Shown: piece by piece, positions 30,001 through 39,478 of the stretch | How the letters are laid out: every line of letters begins with the position of its first letter | How positions within the stretch are numbered: position 1 is the first letter of the stretch | Source: Patescibacteria group bacterium | GTDB taxonomy: Bacteria; Patescibacteriota; Minisyncoccia; UBA6257; 2-01-FULL-56-20 | NCBI GenBank assembly: GCA_018971305.1 | Contig: JAGXBC010000001.1 | Location: 98,284 to 162,283, forward strand | DNA: 64,000 bases | Reading direction: 5' to 3' | Position numbers and translations under genes: made by a program | The notes under the pieces: generated by a model | What the model saw: only the letters and a program-made list of their open reading frames with translations | Database searches by the model: none | What the model was told of the DNA's origin: nothing

Positions 30001-30395
30001 GCAGAAAGGCTTATTCTGGTGTGAGCAGGTTCAATACCTGCGGCCTGAGTATTGTATTCAAACACGCGGAAAGTGCCGTTATCATTCCAGGAAACTAGTG
30101 CTCCCGAAACACTCGTATATATGGAACATCCTCCGCCGAACCGATTGCCTCCTCCGGCTCCAACAATATGAGGAGTATTTTCCACAAGCCAGTCTCCGGC
30201 AGGCAAGCTTACCGTTTGCAAACCGACTGTCGGAGAGGTCACCACAAGAAAAGCCGACGAACCTGAAGATGCATACGCCTTGTTAACTGACGCCGGAGAT
30301 AGAAATGATAAACATATCGAAAGAGATAAAACAAAAATAGCTGGACCAAGATAGAATTTTTTCATATAAAATTTACTCGCTGTTTTTTGTTTCAA
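27048..30395 (-). CDS. Large secreted surface protein: three 119-aa Cys-containing repeats followed by ~6 Ig-like (Big_2-type) repeats
   Basis: Signal peptide; WLVENTPHI x3; ISPTSATL...VTWSVSP..GCG....LYTAP...CTVTATS repeats; alternative ATG at 30365. Confidence 0.85.
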   Translation of the reverse strand: MKQKTASKFYMKKFYLGPAIFVLSLSICLSFLSPASVNKAYASSGSSAFLVVTSPTVGLQTVSLPAGDWLVENTPHIVGAGGGNRFGGGCSIYTSVSGALVSWNDNGTFRVFEYNTQAAGIEPAHTRISLSAPGKIYISTSYTGCDGGNYTTNSVVYKFFLITGSAEFAVARTTSNSVMTVSLPAGNWLVENTPHIVGSGGGDQSGGGCSIHTTVSGPLVSSNDDGTFRVFEYSAGAAILEPSQAMFNLSSPGNVSVSTSYPGCSGGNYTSNSIVYKFFLINGGTDFAAVRTSVYAAPTVSLPAGHWLVENTPHIIGVGGGDQSGGGCYIHTNVSGAPVPWNSDGTFRVFEYNTQAAGSEPSHAIISLSSPGNVSVSTSYSGCSGGNYTTNSVVYKFFSPGGSITVNSQAVSSNDPTTGTPLSASWQFPYYPSIDPCSISSCSGTSATYDNLPTGANYTVGAPVAPTGYVLGSITSSCGSSGPQATCPLNGGGNITFTINWITAPVLWASFDSVNYQPSITLKSTTGQKVSIPFYVKNTGGGELGAICTLGSISSDASASINCPVDASGQVTGSTLPVTISISSPTAVVLRFGETHQFQAVIGSGTTNTAVTWSVSPASGCGSITAGGLYTAPSIKETCTVTVASNADPTKTASATVTMNNIIISVSPTTAALTLAPLQIKDTQSFSAAVDGTINTAVTWSVSPASGCGSVSPLATSGNPNSVIYTAPSSVAVATTCTVTATSNADPTVSSSATFTINPVIVSIAPTSATVPTNGNQSFSATVGGDDDTSVTWSLSPVSGCGSVSPLTTATSTDYVTYTAPSSVATGCTVTATSNADPTKSSIANITLQATQASIAVTISPSSATLPSNGSNQKQFNASINGTVNNSGVTWSVSPATGCGSVSSGGLYTAPSSAATCTVTATSNADSTKSASATVTVNSMVVTISPTSATLSVGNSQQFNASINGTVNNSGVTWSVSPATGCGTVSNIGSYTAPSSVTVVTTCTVTAKSIVDSTKTASATVTVNPVTITISPTTAGVKIGGTKTFTIVVGGTTNTSFSYDDTCAGSLNFSSGNYWIYTPNGIGTCTLTVTSDADPSKYAQATITVTDINGGGGTL

Positions 30396-30396
30396 T

Positions 30397-30900
30397 TTAT
30401 TTCCCCGGCGTATAGCTTATAGTAACTTCTCGCACCTTACCGTTATCGACGATAGCCATACTCATAGATGTGCCGCCCTTCTCCGCGCCTAAGCCTCGAG
30501 AATTAGTATACTTTGTTATCTCGCGAGTGATAGTCCAGCCGTTTTGCGAAAAATATTTCTTATATTGAGAAAACAAATCCAACATAGATTCCGCCGATAT
30601 AAAATCGGTTGTGTCTTGCGTTGAACCGTCATACGGATAATTTATCTGGTAGCTCTGGCTTGTTGTTGCGTTCGCGGAACCCAAAATCAACTCACTCGGG
30701 AAACCGGGAGTTAGCTTACCCTGGGAAGCGTACGCGGCAATTGGTTTTACGTTCTCAGCTACCGAAGGCGATGGCGAGGACGTATTTTGTACCGCCTTTT
30801 TTTGCGCCGGTTTGCGGAACACCACTAAAGCCGTAGCGGCAACGACCACTATTATTATCGCTGTTACAGGTATTAGACTGTGTTTTGTATTTATCTCCAT
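30397..30900 (-). CDS. Membrane-anchored hypothetical protein
   Basis: TM helix, GFPSEL..., YKKYFSQNGW. Confidence 0.65.
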   Translation of the reverse strand: MEINTKHSLIPVTAIIIVVVAATALVVFRKPAQKKAVQNTSSPSPSVAENVKPIAAYASQGKLTPGFPSELILGSANATTSQSYQINYPYDGSTQDTTDFISAESMLDLFSQYKKYFSQNGWTITREITKYTNSRGLGAEKGGTSMSMAIVDNGKVREVTISYTPGK

Positions 30901-31030
30901 CGTTGGCCTATGATGATGTCTTTTTCTAGCTATCTTTCTGTGTCGCCGCATGATTCCTGCTAATAATTTTATTATACCACATGGAATATGAACATATCGT
31001 TGAAAATTGCCTATCGTATGCATAAAACAA

Positions 31031-31061
31031 AACCCCCTCCGGCCGAAGTCGGAGGGGTTGA
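31031..31061 (-). terminator. Intrinsic terminator of the lipoprotein gene
   Basis: CCCCTCCG..CGGAGGGG hairpin followed by a T-run on the minus strand. Confidence 0.65.
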
Positions 31062-31074
31062 GAGATAAGGTAAT

Positions 31075-32667
31075 TTACGGTAACAGCCACCTGCCTATCA
31101 CGGCCGTTCCGCAATTTGCAGAACCGCAGGCGTTATTGCCGTCTGTGCCGGTTCCAACAAGAGCAATGCCTCCTGCGTCAGATTTGCTGCCGCTATTCCA
31201 GGAAGAAACAATGCCTAGGGGCAGCGAATCGAATCGCTGTTTCCATAGCACGGCTCCTCCAGAAGCTCCATTACCGTCCGAAGCCCAGGAAATCGCGCCA
31301 CCGTTGCTGACCTGGTTATTTATAAGCCCGGAGAGAGAACCAACAACAACTATATCGGTTCCATTGTTAATGAAAGAGCCGTTGTTCAAGTTAGTGAAGG
31401 AAGTAGCGGCATTATCTCCATCCCAAGTGCGGGACGTTGTAACATTTTGTATATCAGAGGCTAAACCCATGATTCCGAAATAGGTTTTGCTGCCGCTGAA
31501 AAATGTTTCTGAGACAATGACATTACCGTTCACCAACTCTTCAACCGGTCTTGCGTTAAACCAACCTGAAAAAACTGTGGCGCCATTAATTGACAACTGC
31601 CCATTAGGTGTCCATTTCTCCATATAGAAACCGGATACGTACCAGCTTCCGTCGCCGCCAAGGGTAAACCAGTTGCCTGTCACCCACATATGGTCGGCCA
31701 GGACTAGGAGCCCGGTGATTTCCGTTCTGTCGGCAAATCTCTCCGCAGGGATATTACCTACGGCAAACATGTTCAGAACGTTTCCCGCTAAATCCGCGGT
31801 AACAACCCAGTCGCCCGAGCAAGCATTAAACGCCAGCCCGCACAACTGATAGTCTGACCTAACGGCAAGATAAAGTTTGCCGCCCATAACTGAAATGGCT
31901 ACGGCCTCTGTTCGCAAGCCGCTCCCATCCCCGACAACGTTGCCGTTCCGGTCAAACTGAAAAGTTTTTTCCAGAACGACATGCGTTGGATCCGACGGCA
32001 ACAATCCCAAAATCATCGCCGAACGTCCGGAGGGGTCAGAACTAGTGCCAGCGTAACCAACGGCAAAAACATTGCCGCTGACTGTGTCGTAGAACGAGGC
32101 GCTTAAACTTGACGGCCAGGTATTAACCCATTCGCCAAGTTTATTTCCGTCCGCGCCGTAAGTAATGAATGCTGCCTGCGGGTCCGCGGCTCCTTGTAGC
32201 ACAGCATCAGCTCCGGCAACAAGAATTCCTGTTGCAGTAGTTGACGCTGTTTCCCCCGAAGCCGTTCCATTTTGCGGCGCCCAGAACTTGAGTGCTGTAA
32301 AACTTCCCGGACCGGCAACGATAGTCACCGTAGCAATCGCGCAGTTTGTCGCATCCGTGCGAGAACAATTTTTTACCTTAACCGTTGCCGGATTCGGCGG
32401 TAGTTGCGGTGGTGTATAGAGGCCAGAGATATCTATGGTCCCCACGGTAGAGTTACCGCTCTGAACATCATTAACATACCAGTTCGCGTCCACGTTGGAC
32501 GTAAACTGTTGAGTTTTCCCGATCGGCACAGTTGCCGAAGTCGGTGAGACGGTAGCTTTCACTGGTGGTGGAGGCGGAGGTGGAGTTGCGCTTCCATTAT
32601 TACCCTTACCACAAGCCCCTAAAAAACTAATCCAAAAGATCAGAGTAACCAAATATACTTTTCGCAT
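31075..32667 (-). CDS. Lipoprotein with an Ig-like domain and a probable beta-propeller
   Basis: Lipobox LGAC, poly-Pro linker, VSPTSATV...GNSTVGTI..SGLYTPP; AGGGGG SD and TTGACA-17-TATTGT promoter. Confidence 0.75.
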   Translation of the reverse strand: MRKVYLVTLIFWISFLGACGKGNNGSATPPPPPPPVKATVSPTSATVPIGKTQQFTSNVDANWYVNDVQSGNSTVGTIDISGLYTPPQLPPNPATVKVKNCSRTDATNCAIATVTIVAGPGSFTALKFWAPQNGTASGETASTTATGILVAGADAVLQGAADPQAAFITYGADGNKLGEWVNTWPSSLSASFYDTVSGNVFAVGYAGTSSDPSGRSAMILGLLPSDPTHVVLEKTFQFDRNGNVVGDGSGLRTEAVAISVMGGKLYLAVRSDYQLCGLAFNACSGDWVVTADLAGNVLNMFAVGNIPAERFADRTEITGLLVLADHMWVTGNWFTLGGDGSWYVSGFYMEKWTPNGQLSINGATVFSGWFNARPVEELVNGNVIVSETFFSGSKTYFGIMGLASDIQNVTTSRTWDGDNAATSFTNLNNGSFINNGTDIVVVGSLSGLINNQVSNGGAISWASDGNGASGGAVLWKQRFDSLPLGIVSSWNSGSKSDAGGIALVGTGTDGNNACGSANCGTAVIGRWLLP

Positions 32668-32799
32668 TGTCTGTCCCCCTTAGACCCTAAAATATTCAAG
32701 AGTCAATTATTGCCTTTTTATACAATACCAAAAAATTTCCGATTTGTCAAATGACCTCGGGTTTATAGTAATAAAACCGTAGCTCACACCTCCATAATT

Positions 32800-33447
32800 C
32801 TATCCGTCAGGCTGCCTAGAACTAATTGTCGTCTGCAGGTGAATAATGCTTTGTTGCAGGGCCGGGTCGGTTGTGTTCGGATGAATACCCAAAAAAATAG
32901 TTATACGCGGCTGGTATTTATCAAAAGACTGATTGCCCATTAACTGAAAATAAAGATAATCAACAATTACATTAGAGCTCGTAAGGGCGTCTGATGAAAC
33001 GCTACACGAAGGCAGCACCCCGGAAACAACATTACTGTTCTTCCTAAGAACTCCGTCCGGCGTTCGGCAATAAGCAACCTCTCGGCCAATGGCATCCACA
33101 AAAGCAAGGGTATTATAACTTCCCCAGGCGGCACTTTGAGGATTGCAATCTTCGTATGTCGCCAGGGCATTTGGGTCTTCTGTTCCGTGGCAAAACCACC
33201 TGCCGGTCCTGATGTCTCGAGCTATCGTCTCTATAGCCAAGCTGGCATTGCTGTTCGCGGCCAGAAGCTGCTGGACTTCACGCTGGATGCGAATCGCCCG
33301 AGCAAAACCCCCAGCGGCGATACCAACCAATATCACAAAGACAGATACCGCTACGATAAGTTCGATTAAGGTAAAACCGCATTTACGGCTTGAAATTTTA
33401 AATTGTCTGACCGTCAGCAAGACAGGAAAGTTTGAATTTTTTTTCAT
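32800..33447 (-). CDS. Type IV minor pilin (PilW/PulJ-like)
   Basis: G-FTLIEL prepilin cleavage motif. Confidence 0.85.
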   Translation of the reverse strand: MKKNSNFPVLLTVRQFKISSRKCGFTLIELIVAVSVFVILVGIAAGGFARAIRIQREVQQLLAANSNASLAIETIARDIRTGRWFCHGTEDPNALATYEDCNPQSAAWGSYNTLAFVDAIGREVAYCRTPDGVLRKNSNVVSGVLPSCSVSSDALTSSNVIVDYLYFQLMGNQSFDKYQPRITIFLGIHPNTTDPALQQSIIHLQTTISSRQPDG

Positions 33448-33448
33448 A

Positions 33449-34012
33449 TTATTGTCGCCAGTTCCAAAAAACATCATCTATTTCTACGCTCTCCGTTCTG
33501 CCACCCTGGGCAAGCCAGGTAACTTTTGATGCCACGGTTGTGGAAGCAGACCCCGAAGTGCCTATCGTGATAACTCTCTTAAAAAAAGTCGGTACGCCGG
33601 TCGCCCCCGGGCTTTTCGGATCATTATAAGTGTTATTGGATGAATCAAAAAGCAAATAACTGCTGGCCGACCCCACAGGACGCAGTGCCGCCCCCGGGCA
33701 TGGAACCGTGGCAGTGTCATAATAAGAAACTTCAAAGTCTCCACCAGCCGGAAAACCGCAATTCCAGGAATACCCTTGGATATGATTTGCATCAATTAAA
33801 TTTTTCACAACCTCTATCCCCTCCATGGCAAGATAATTAGCAGTATAGGTATTAGCTATTCTTCGATTGAGCCCCAAAGAAGAAGAAAGCAATGCGACTA
33901 TGCCCAAAAAACCTACCATAAGAATGCTAAGGGCCACCATCGCCTCCACAAGAAAAAAACCGCGCCGGGCATTAAAGCAGAACCGCAAAAACTCTGGAAT
34001 TTTTTTTAACAT
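33449..34012 (-). CDS. Type IV minor pilin (PilV-like)
   Basis: RRG-FFLVEA, YLAMEGIE. Confidence 0.85.
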   Translation of the reverse strand: MLKKIPEFLRFCFNARRGFFLVEAMVALSILMVGFLGIVALLSSSLGLNRRIANTYTANYLAMEGIEVVKNLIDANHIQGYSWNCGFPAGGDFEVSYYDTATVPCPGAALRPVGSASSYLLFDSSNNTYNDPKSPGATGVPTFFKRVITIGTSGSASTTVASKVTWLAQGGRTESVEIDDVFWNWRQ

Positions 34013-34017
34013 CTTAA

Positions 34018-34674
34018 TTAAAAATTAATTTGGCCCAACGGGGCAGAAACATTGATTGTTTGTTTGGAAGAACCATCGGCGGTTTGCAGGTAAATAGTCC
34101 CTACGCCGCTTTTATAGACCGTAAAAAGCGAGTTCGAATTATTATTCACGGCTATAAAAGTGTCCGGAACGGGCGCCAGAAAGAATACCATATCTAAAAC
34201 GCTAAATGGTGCCGGCGGTTTCGGGCTGGAAGATTCGTAAAGAAATTTTAATTGGCTGGGAAGGGCGGTAGTGGAAACATCTGTATAGCGGGGAAGCGTT
34301 TTGCCTCCGATAGAATATTGATCTCCGGTTCCCATTATATAACCATCTTTTATCTGGTTGCAGCCATAGGCATAACTAAAAATATGGGCAACGCCTGAAA
34401 CATAATCCATGCGCACGCCGTAACCACAAGGCACGTTCAGGTCGTTTCTTCTTGTTGTAATCGCGAGAGATTTAGCCTTAAAAATAAAGCCGACAAGCCC
34501 AGCCTCTTCATTAGACAATATTAACTGATTGCGGCTTGAACTGCTGTAAGAAATAACCATAGAGGACATCATGGCTATTATACCTACGACTACAAGAAGT
34601 TCGATTAGCGTAAAACCGGAGCCTCTGCTGTTTATGATTTTAGATTCGTGGCTTGGAGTTGCATTCATCGGCAA
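34018..34674 (-). CDS. Type IV minor pilin (FimT/GspH-like)
   Basis: SG-FTLIELL. Confidence 0.85.
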   Translation of the reverse strand: MPMNATPSHESKIINSRGSGFTLIELLVVVGIIAMMSSMVISYSSSSRNQLILSNEEAGLVGFIFKAKSLAITTRRNDLNVPCGYGVRMDYVSGVAHIFSYAYGCNQIKDGYIMGTGDQYSIGGKTLPRYTDVSTTALPSQLKFLYESSSPKPPAPFSVLDMVFFLAPVPDTFIAVNNNSNSLFTVYKSGVGTIYLQTADGSSKQTINVSAPLGQINF

Positions 34675-34716
34675 CTTTATTTTACCACAAAAAACGATTG
34701 GCCCTCGGGGACTTCT

Positions 34717-35553
34717 TCACCGCAAAAGCCAGTTGAAATAATTATCCAAAACCGTCCGACCAAAAAAGAAAATCAATACCGAGGAGGCAACGAGAAACGG
34801 CCCAAAGGGTACTGCGCTTTTAAGTTTTTTTCCATAAGCCAAAATGAGATAACCGCCGCAAATCGCTCCGATAATGAATCCTGCAGCCATAATAAAGAGA
34901 ATGTCCGGCCAGCCGAATAAAAAACCTAGCGGGATTATCAGTTTAAGATCTCCTAAACCCATTCCCCTGCCCTTAGTGGCCAAAATCAAAAAGCCGAAAA
35001 ACGCTCCGCCGATTATTGCGGCAAAGATATGATTCAGCCAAACATTACCTTGAAATCCGAAAAGTGTGCCATAAGAACCGGAGAACGACGCACCTCCACC
35101 AAACACTAAAATAAGGATGGCAAGTGCAAGCAATATAATATTCGCTTCATCGGGAATAATAGATAAACGCAGGTCTATTAAAAAAACAACAAGGAGCGTA
35201 AGAAAGACCAACGTCCACAGGACGGAGAGCGTATAGTAAGTGATGGGTAGCGAGTAGTAGGAAGATAGATATTGGGGAACAAAAACAAAAAATATCCCGC
35301 TTACGATCTCAACTGCAGGATACTGGAAGCTCAAGCGCTCGCCGCAGCGACGGCAACGCCCGCCTTGAATCATAAAACTTAAAAGCGGTACAAGCTCAAA
35401 CCAGCGCAAAGTTTTTTTGCAATTCGGGCAATGGGATCTGCCGCCGATAATCTTTCCAGAAAATAAAAACTTGTCCGGCTGATAGCGAACAGAAACAACG
35501 TTTAAAAAACTGCCGATAGCCGCTCCGAAAATAAAAAGTAAGGCGATATTCAT
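34717..35553 (-). CDS. pilD: Prepilin peptidase
   Basis: GSFLNVV, RSHCPNC, GRCRRC, GMGLGDLKL, VPFGPFL. Confidence 0.95.
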   Translation of the reverse strand: MNIALLFIFGAAIGSFLNVVSVRYQPDKFLFSGKIIGGRSHCPNCKKTLRWFELVPLLSFMIQGGRCRRCGERLSFQYPAVEIVSGIFFVFVPQYLSSYYSLPITYYTLSVLWTLVFLTLLVVFLIDLRLSIIPDEANIILLALAILILVFGGGASFSGSYGTLFGFQGNVWLNHIFAAIIGGAFFGFLILATKGRGMGLGDLKLIIPLGFLFGWPDILFIMAAGFIIGAICGGYLILAYGKKLKSAVPFGPFLVASSVLIFFFGRTVLDNYFNWLLR

Positions 35554-35630
35554 TATTTTATTTTATCACAAAAACAGGCGGGGTATCGCTTTCGGCATAT
35601 ACAGAATTACTGTCTGGGCTACTTAGAAAA

Positions 35631-36146
35631 TTATAATCGGACACAGTAAACCGGACTACTGCAGTCAACTCCGTAGATAATACTGTGCGGACTGCTCTGA
35701 AGAGCCTGGTTGTTTGGGTCTTCAAGAACCGCTCCTAAAACATAACTGCTTCCACCGTCCGTCCCATAAAAATAATCGTTGCCTATTGTTGGATCATTAG
35801 GTACGCTATCAATACGAATATTGCTGTTTATGAGAACCGATTGAAGATCAGACCACTGGAGATTGACTATCCCTTTCGCCGCCGCAGGGCATGCTTGTCC
35901 ATCCGTAGAAGGAGCAGGAGTAGCCGAAGTTGGATAATGTGTACATCTATTAAAGAAAATTTCCAGGGCGTTTTGCACTTCGCGCAAGTCGGCTATGCGG
36001 CGCGCGTCGCGGCTGGCAGTCCTTGCGGGACCAAGACCCACAAGAATTACCGACGCCAAAATGGAAATAATGGCCACAACGATGAGCATTTCAATGAGCG
36101 TAAAACCACGCCCTCTTTGGAATAAATTGCTATTGTTATTTATCAT
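35631..36146 (-). CDS. Type IV pilin
   Basis: RG-FTLIEMLIVVAII, RDARRIADL, PNDP. Confidence 0.9.
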   Translation of the reverse strand: MINNNSNLFQRGRGFTLIEMLIVVAIISILASVILVGLGPARTASRDARRIADLREVQNALEIFFNRCTHYPTSATPAPSTDGQACPAAAKGIVNLQWSDLQSVLINSNIRIDSVPNDPTIGNDYFYGTDGGSSYVLGAVLEDPNNQALQSSPHSIIYGVDCSSPVYCVRL

Positions 36147-36261
36147 GTTATTGTCGTTTAGTTCTCTCCGACCTTTTCCCGAATTGCTTACAAAATAAAA
36201 TTTGATGTTATGAATATTATAACATACCAAGCTAGCCGATAGCCGCAGGTAACCCCCAAAA

Positions 36262-36295
36262 TATACAGCCGGCGAAATAATTCGCCGGCTGTATA
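36262..36295. terminator. Hairpin between the two major-type pilin genes
   Basis: TATACAGCCGGCGAA/TTCGCCGGCTGTATA 15-bp inverted repeat. Confidence 0.6.
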
Positions 36296-36323
36296 GACAA
36301 ACGATAATCTGTTAAAACTTTTC

Positions 36324-36965
36324 TTATTGCGAACCAACGCAGTAATAAGGTGGATTTTCAGGAGCTTGCCCGGAAGAAGTCGGAGTCGGGGAAGTGCCGC
36401 AATCCATAGAGCCAATAGTAGGAGCAGCAGTAGTACCTGCGTCAACAGGCAATTTCACTGAAGCCGAGGGGTTGTCTATGTCACTGGACAATGCTTGGTT
36501 ATTCTTATCCTCAAGCAAGGTCCTCAAAACATATCCAGTTCCACCACCAGTAGAGGCATAGGAATAAAAATTGGTCGCGTTATTTATAGGATCAAGCGGT
36601 AAGGTAACGGAGCTGACTACATTATTTAGGGCAGTCTGTAGTTTAGTCCAAGAGGTGGAATCGTTCGGAGTAATCAGTCCCTGCTTAGTACAGTTTGAGT
36701 TGGTAGAAGGACCACCGGGGTAAGAGTTGCAATCATTATAGTACTGCTCTATAAGACCCTGTACTTGACGCATATCGGCTATACGGCGGGCATCACGGCT
36801 CGATATCCTAGCAGGCCCAAGACCGAGCAAAACGATGGAAGCCAGAATAGCTATAATGGCCACAACGATGAGCATTTCAATGAGCGTAAAGCCGGAACCC
36901 ATTTTCCCGCCCCACTTATTCCGCTCAATATCCTGCCTGGTGATATTATTTTTTGATGAAAACAT
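36324..36965 (-). CDS. Type IV pilin (probable major pilin)
   Basis: SG-FTLIEMLIVVAII, RDARRIADM, PLDP; separate upstream promoter region. Confidence 0.9.
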   Translation of the reverse strand: MFSSKNNITRQDIERNKWGGKMGSGFTLIEMLIVVAIIAILASIVLLGLGPARISSRDARRIADMRQVQGLIEQYYNDCNSYPGGPSTNSNCTKQGLITPNDSTSWTKLQTALNNVVSSVTLPLDPINNATNFYSYASTGGGTGYVLRTLLEDKNNQALSSDIDNPSASVKLPVDAGTTAAPTIGSMDCGTSPTPTSSGQAPENPPYYCVGSQ

Positions 36966-37091
36966 TTTATTTTAAGATTTATTTACATGATTTCGACCTT
37001 TCTTTCGGCCCCTTAAAGGAGCACGACTTTAAATAATTATAGCATATTGAAATATGGCAATAAGCAATGGTTGTAAAATATGGCTAATATA

Positions 37092-38306
37092 TTAGCTGCC
37101 GAAACTGGACGTTAGCTTATAAAGCGGGATGATAATGGCCGCAAATAAGAGGCCCACCATTACACCGATAACAACCATTAAGAGCGGCTGGATAAGGTCA
37201 ACGAGGTTGTTGGTAACCGTATCCGCCTCACGGCTGTAGAAATTACCCAGTCGGATAAAAATCTGTTCGATTTTTCCGGTTGTTTCCCCGACCGCTACCA
37301 TCTGGGCCACGAGCGGAGGGAAATATTCCGGATATTCTTCTATACTTTGTGAAAGCAACCTCCCCTGTCGCACTTTCTCCGCAATTTCGTGCAAGATATC
37401 GCGATAAAGTACGTTACCAACCATATGGCCCATAACTTCCAAGGCCTGAGCTACGGGAATGCCGCCGTGGACCAAAAGTACTGCGGCATTTGAAAACCTG
37501 GATATTGTGAGCGGTAAAAAAACTTTATTCAAAAGAGGCAGCTTAATTTTTGCGTCATCTACCATGGCACGGCCTTCCGGCGTACGCGCATAATCCAACG
37601 CCAAAATAACCAAGCCCACGAGAACCACGAGGACGAGCAGCCACCACTTCCCTAAAAACGTACCACTGGAGAGTAATACTTGGGTATAAATAGGCAGTTG
37701 CACGTTCGATTGCTGGAAAATTGGCAAGAGCTGCGGGAAAACGAATGTGACCATAATAAAACCCACGACAATAAACAAACCGACGATTATTCCCGGATAG
37801 ATAAGCGCGGAAGAAGCCTTGCTTGCCAAGATACCTTCTTTTTCGGTGTAGTCAGCTAAAAATCCCGCGACTTCATTCAGGTTTCCAGTAATTTCGGCAG
37901 CACGCACCATTTCAACGTAGAAACTGGGAAAAACATCTCCCTGCCTATCCATCGCCTGAGAAAAAGAAAGTCCGGCATCAATATCTTCCGCAACCTGGAA
38001 AATTGCCTCCCGGAGCACTGGCTGTCTTGTCTGGGCGTAAAGAGTTCTGAGTGCGGCGTTCAGAGGCAAACGTGCTTCCAACAGGGTGGCAAGCTGACGC
38101 GCAAAAATAACCATATCCTTGCGCTTAACTCTGCCGAAGTAACTAGCAATGTTTTCAAACCAGCTCTTACCCTCGGCCGACTCTATGCTTAATATAAAAA
38201 GGTTGTGCCCGGCTAAAATATTGGCAGCGGAATCCCTATCTCCTGCCTCCACAAAACCGATCTGCATTTCTCCTTCCTGGGTTTTGGCTTTGTACTTGAA
38301 TTTCAT
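37092..38306 (-). CDS. pilC: Type IV pilus platform protein
   Basis: FARQLATLL, AEITGNL, ALIYP, VGETTG, two T2SSF repeats. Confidence 0.93.
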   Translation of the reverse strand: MKFKYKAKTQEGEMQIGFVEAGDRDSAANILAGHNLFILSIESAEGKSWFENIASYFGRVKRKDMVIFARQLATLLEARLPLNAALRTLYAQTRQPVLREAIFQVAEDIDAGLSFSQAMDRQGDVFPSFYVEMVRAAEITGNLNEVAGFLADYTEKEGILASKASSALIYPGIIVGLFIVVGFIMVTFVFPQLLPIFQQSNVQLPIYTQVLLSSGTFLGKWWLLVLVVLVGLVILALDYARTPEGRAMVDDAKIKLPLLNKVFLPLTISRFSNAAVLLVHGGIPVAQALEVMGHMVGNVLYRDILHEIAEKVRQGRLLSQSIEEYPEYFPPLVAQMVAVGETTGKIEQIFIRLGNFYSREADTVTNNLVDLIQPLLMVVIGVMVGLLFAAIIIPLYKLTSSFGS

Positions 38307-38392
38307 AGCTTGCGGAGCATGCAACAAGAAACATATAACCTTGAGCCCAGAATTCGGTGATACTCAACGTTACGTATCCCCTGTTCCATGTT

Positions 38393-39466
38393 TTACGTCC
38401 TTTCGAGAAGTATCCGGAGTTCTGCCGGATTCAAAGAGTAGAGCTCGGCGTTCTCCAGCGTAACTTCTTTGTTTTTTATCAAACCTACAAGTGAACGATT
38501 GAGCGTAACCATTCCTTCCTGTAAGCTCGTCTCAATAACGAGGTCTATCTGATAAATTTTCCGTTCACGGATGAGATTCCTTATAGCAGGATTCACAAGC
38601 ATGATTTCCATAGCCGGAATTCTTCCTCCCGATATGCGCGGCAAGAGACGCTCGGAAACGATGGCCACAAGAGTGGCGGCAAGTTGAGATGTGACCTGCC
38701 CCTGCTGTTCTGCCGGGAAAGAATCTATGATTCGGTCTATTGTTTGGGAAGCAGAGTTTGTGTGAAGAGTGGAGAATACCAAGTGGCCGGTTTCCGCAGC
38801 CGTCATGGAAGTGGCAATAGAAGTAGCGTCGCGCATTTCGCCGATCATAATAACATCCGGATCTTGACGCAAAATCGTCCGCAAACCGGCGTGGAATGTC
38901 GGCGTGTCGGTTCCCACTTCTCTTTGTGACACAATGCATCTGTCCTGAGTAAAAAGATATTCTATCGGGTCCTCAATCGTAATAATGTGATCGGAGCGCG
39001 TATGATTGACCTCATCTAGAACCGCGGCAAGAGTTGAGGATTTTCCGTGCCCCGCCGGACCCACTGCCAAAACGAAACCCTGGGAAAGCCTGGTGAAATC
39101 ATGGAGTATCGGCGGCAGGTTGAGTTCTTCAATATTCTTTATACGCGCCGCGATAAGCCGGAGGGAAGCCGCGACATATCCGCGCTGGAAATAAACGTTG
39201 GTCCTGAACCTGGCCTTCTCTTCAAAACTATAAGCGAAGTCCAATTGCTTATCTTTTAAGAATCGCTCTTTTTGTTCCGAGTTCAAAAGATTGAAAACCA
39301 ATCCTTCGGCAACCTCCGGAGTAATCACGGGCTCTTTTTGCAGGGGAACGAGAACTCCGTCCACCCTCAAGGTTGGCCGCCTGCCTACGGCAATGTGCAA
39401 ATCCGAAGCATTAAGCTTCGCTGTAGTTATTAATAAATCTTTTAATTTATCTTTATAGTCATCCAT
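38393..39466 (-). CDS. pilT: Pilus retraction ATPase
   Basis: ASDLH, GPAGHGKSST, EDPIE, RQDPD, AAETGH, AIRNLIRE. Confidence 0.96.
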   Translation of the reverse strand: MDDYKDKLKDLLITTAKLNASDLHIAVGRRPTLRVDGVLVPLQKEPVITPEVAEGLVFNLLNSEQKERFLKDKQLDFAYSFEEKARFRTNVYFQRGYVAASLRLIAARIKNIEELNLPPILHDFTRLSQGFVLAVGPAGHGKSSTLAAVLDEVNHTRSDHIITIEDPIEYLFTQDRCIVSQREVGTDTPTFHAGLRTILRQDPDVIMIGEMRDATSIATSMTAAETGHLVFSTLHTNSASQTIDRIIDSFPAEQQGQVTSQLAATLVAIVSERLLPRISGGRIPAMEIMLVNPAIRNLIRERKIYQIDLVIETSLQEGMVTLNRSLVGLIKNKEVTLENAELYSLNPAELRILLERT

Positions 39467-39478
39467 TTATTTATATTA

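Noticed and set aside
27048-30395. CRISPR array or DGR template/variable repeats
   Set aside because: Repeats are in-frame protein-domain repeats; no spacer pattern, no adenine-specific divergence noticed, and no cas or reverse transcriptase gene in the window.
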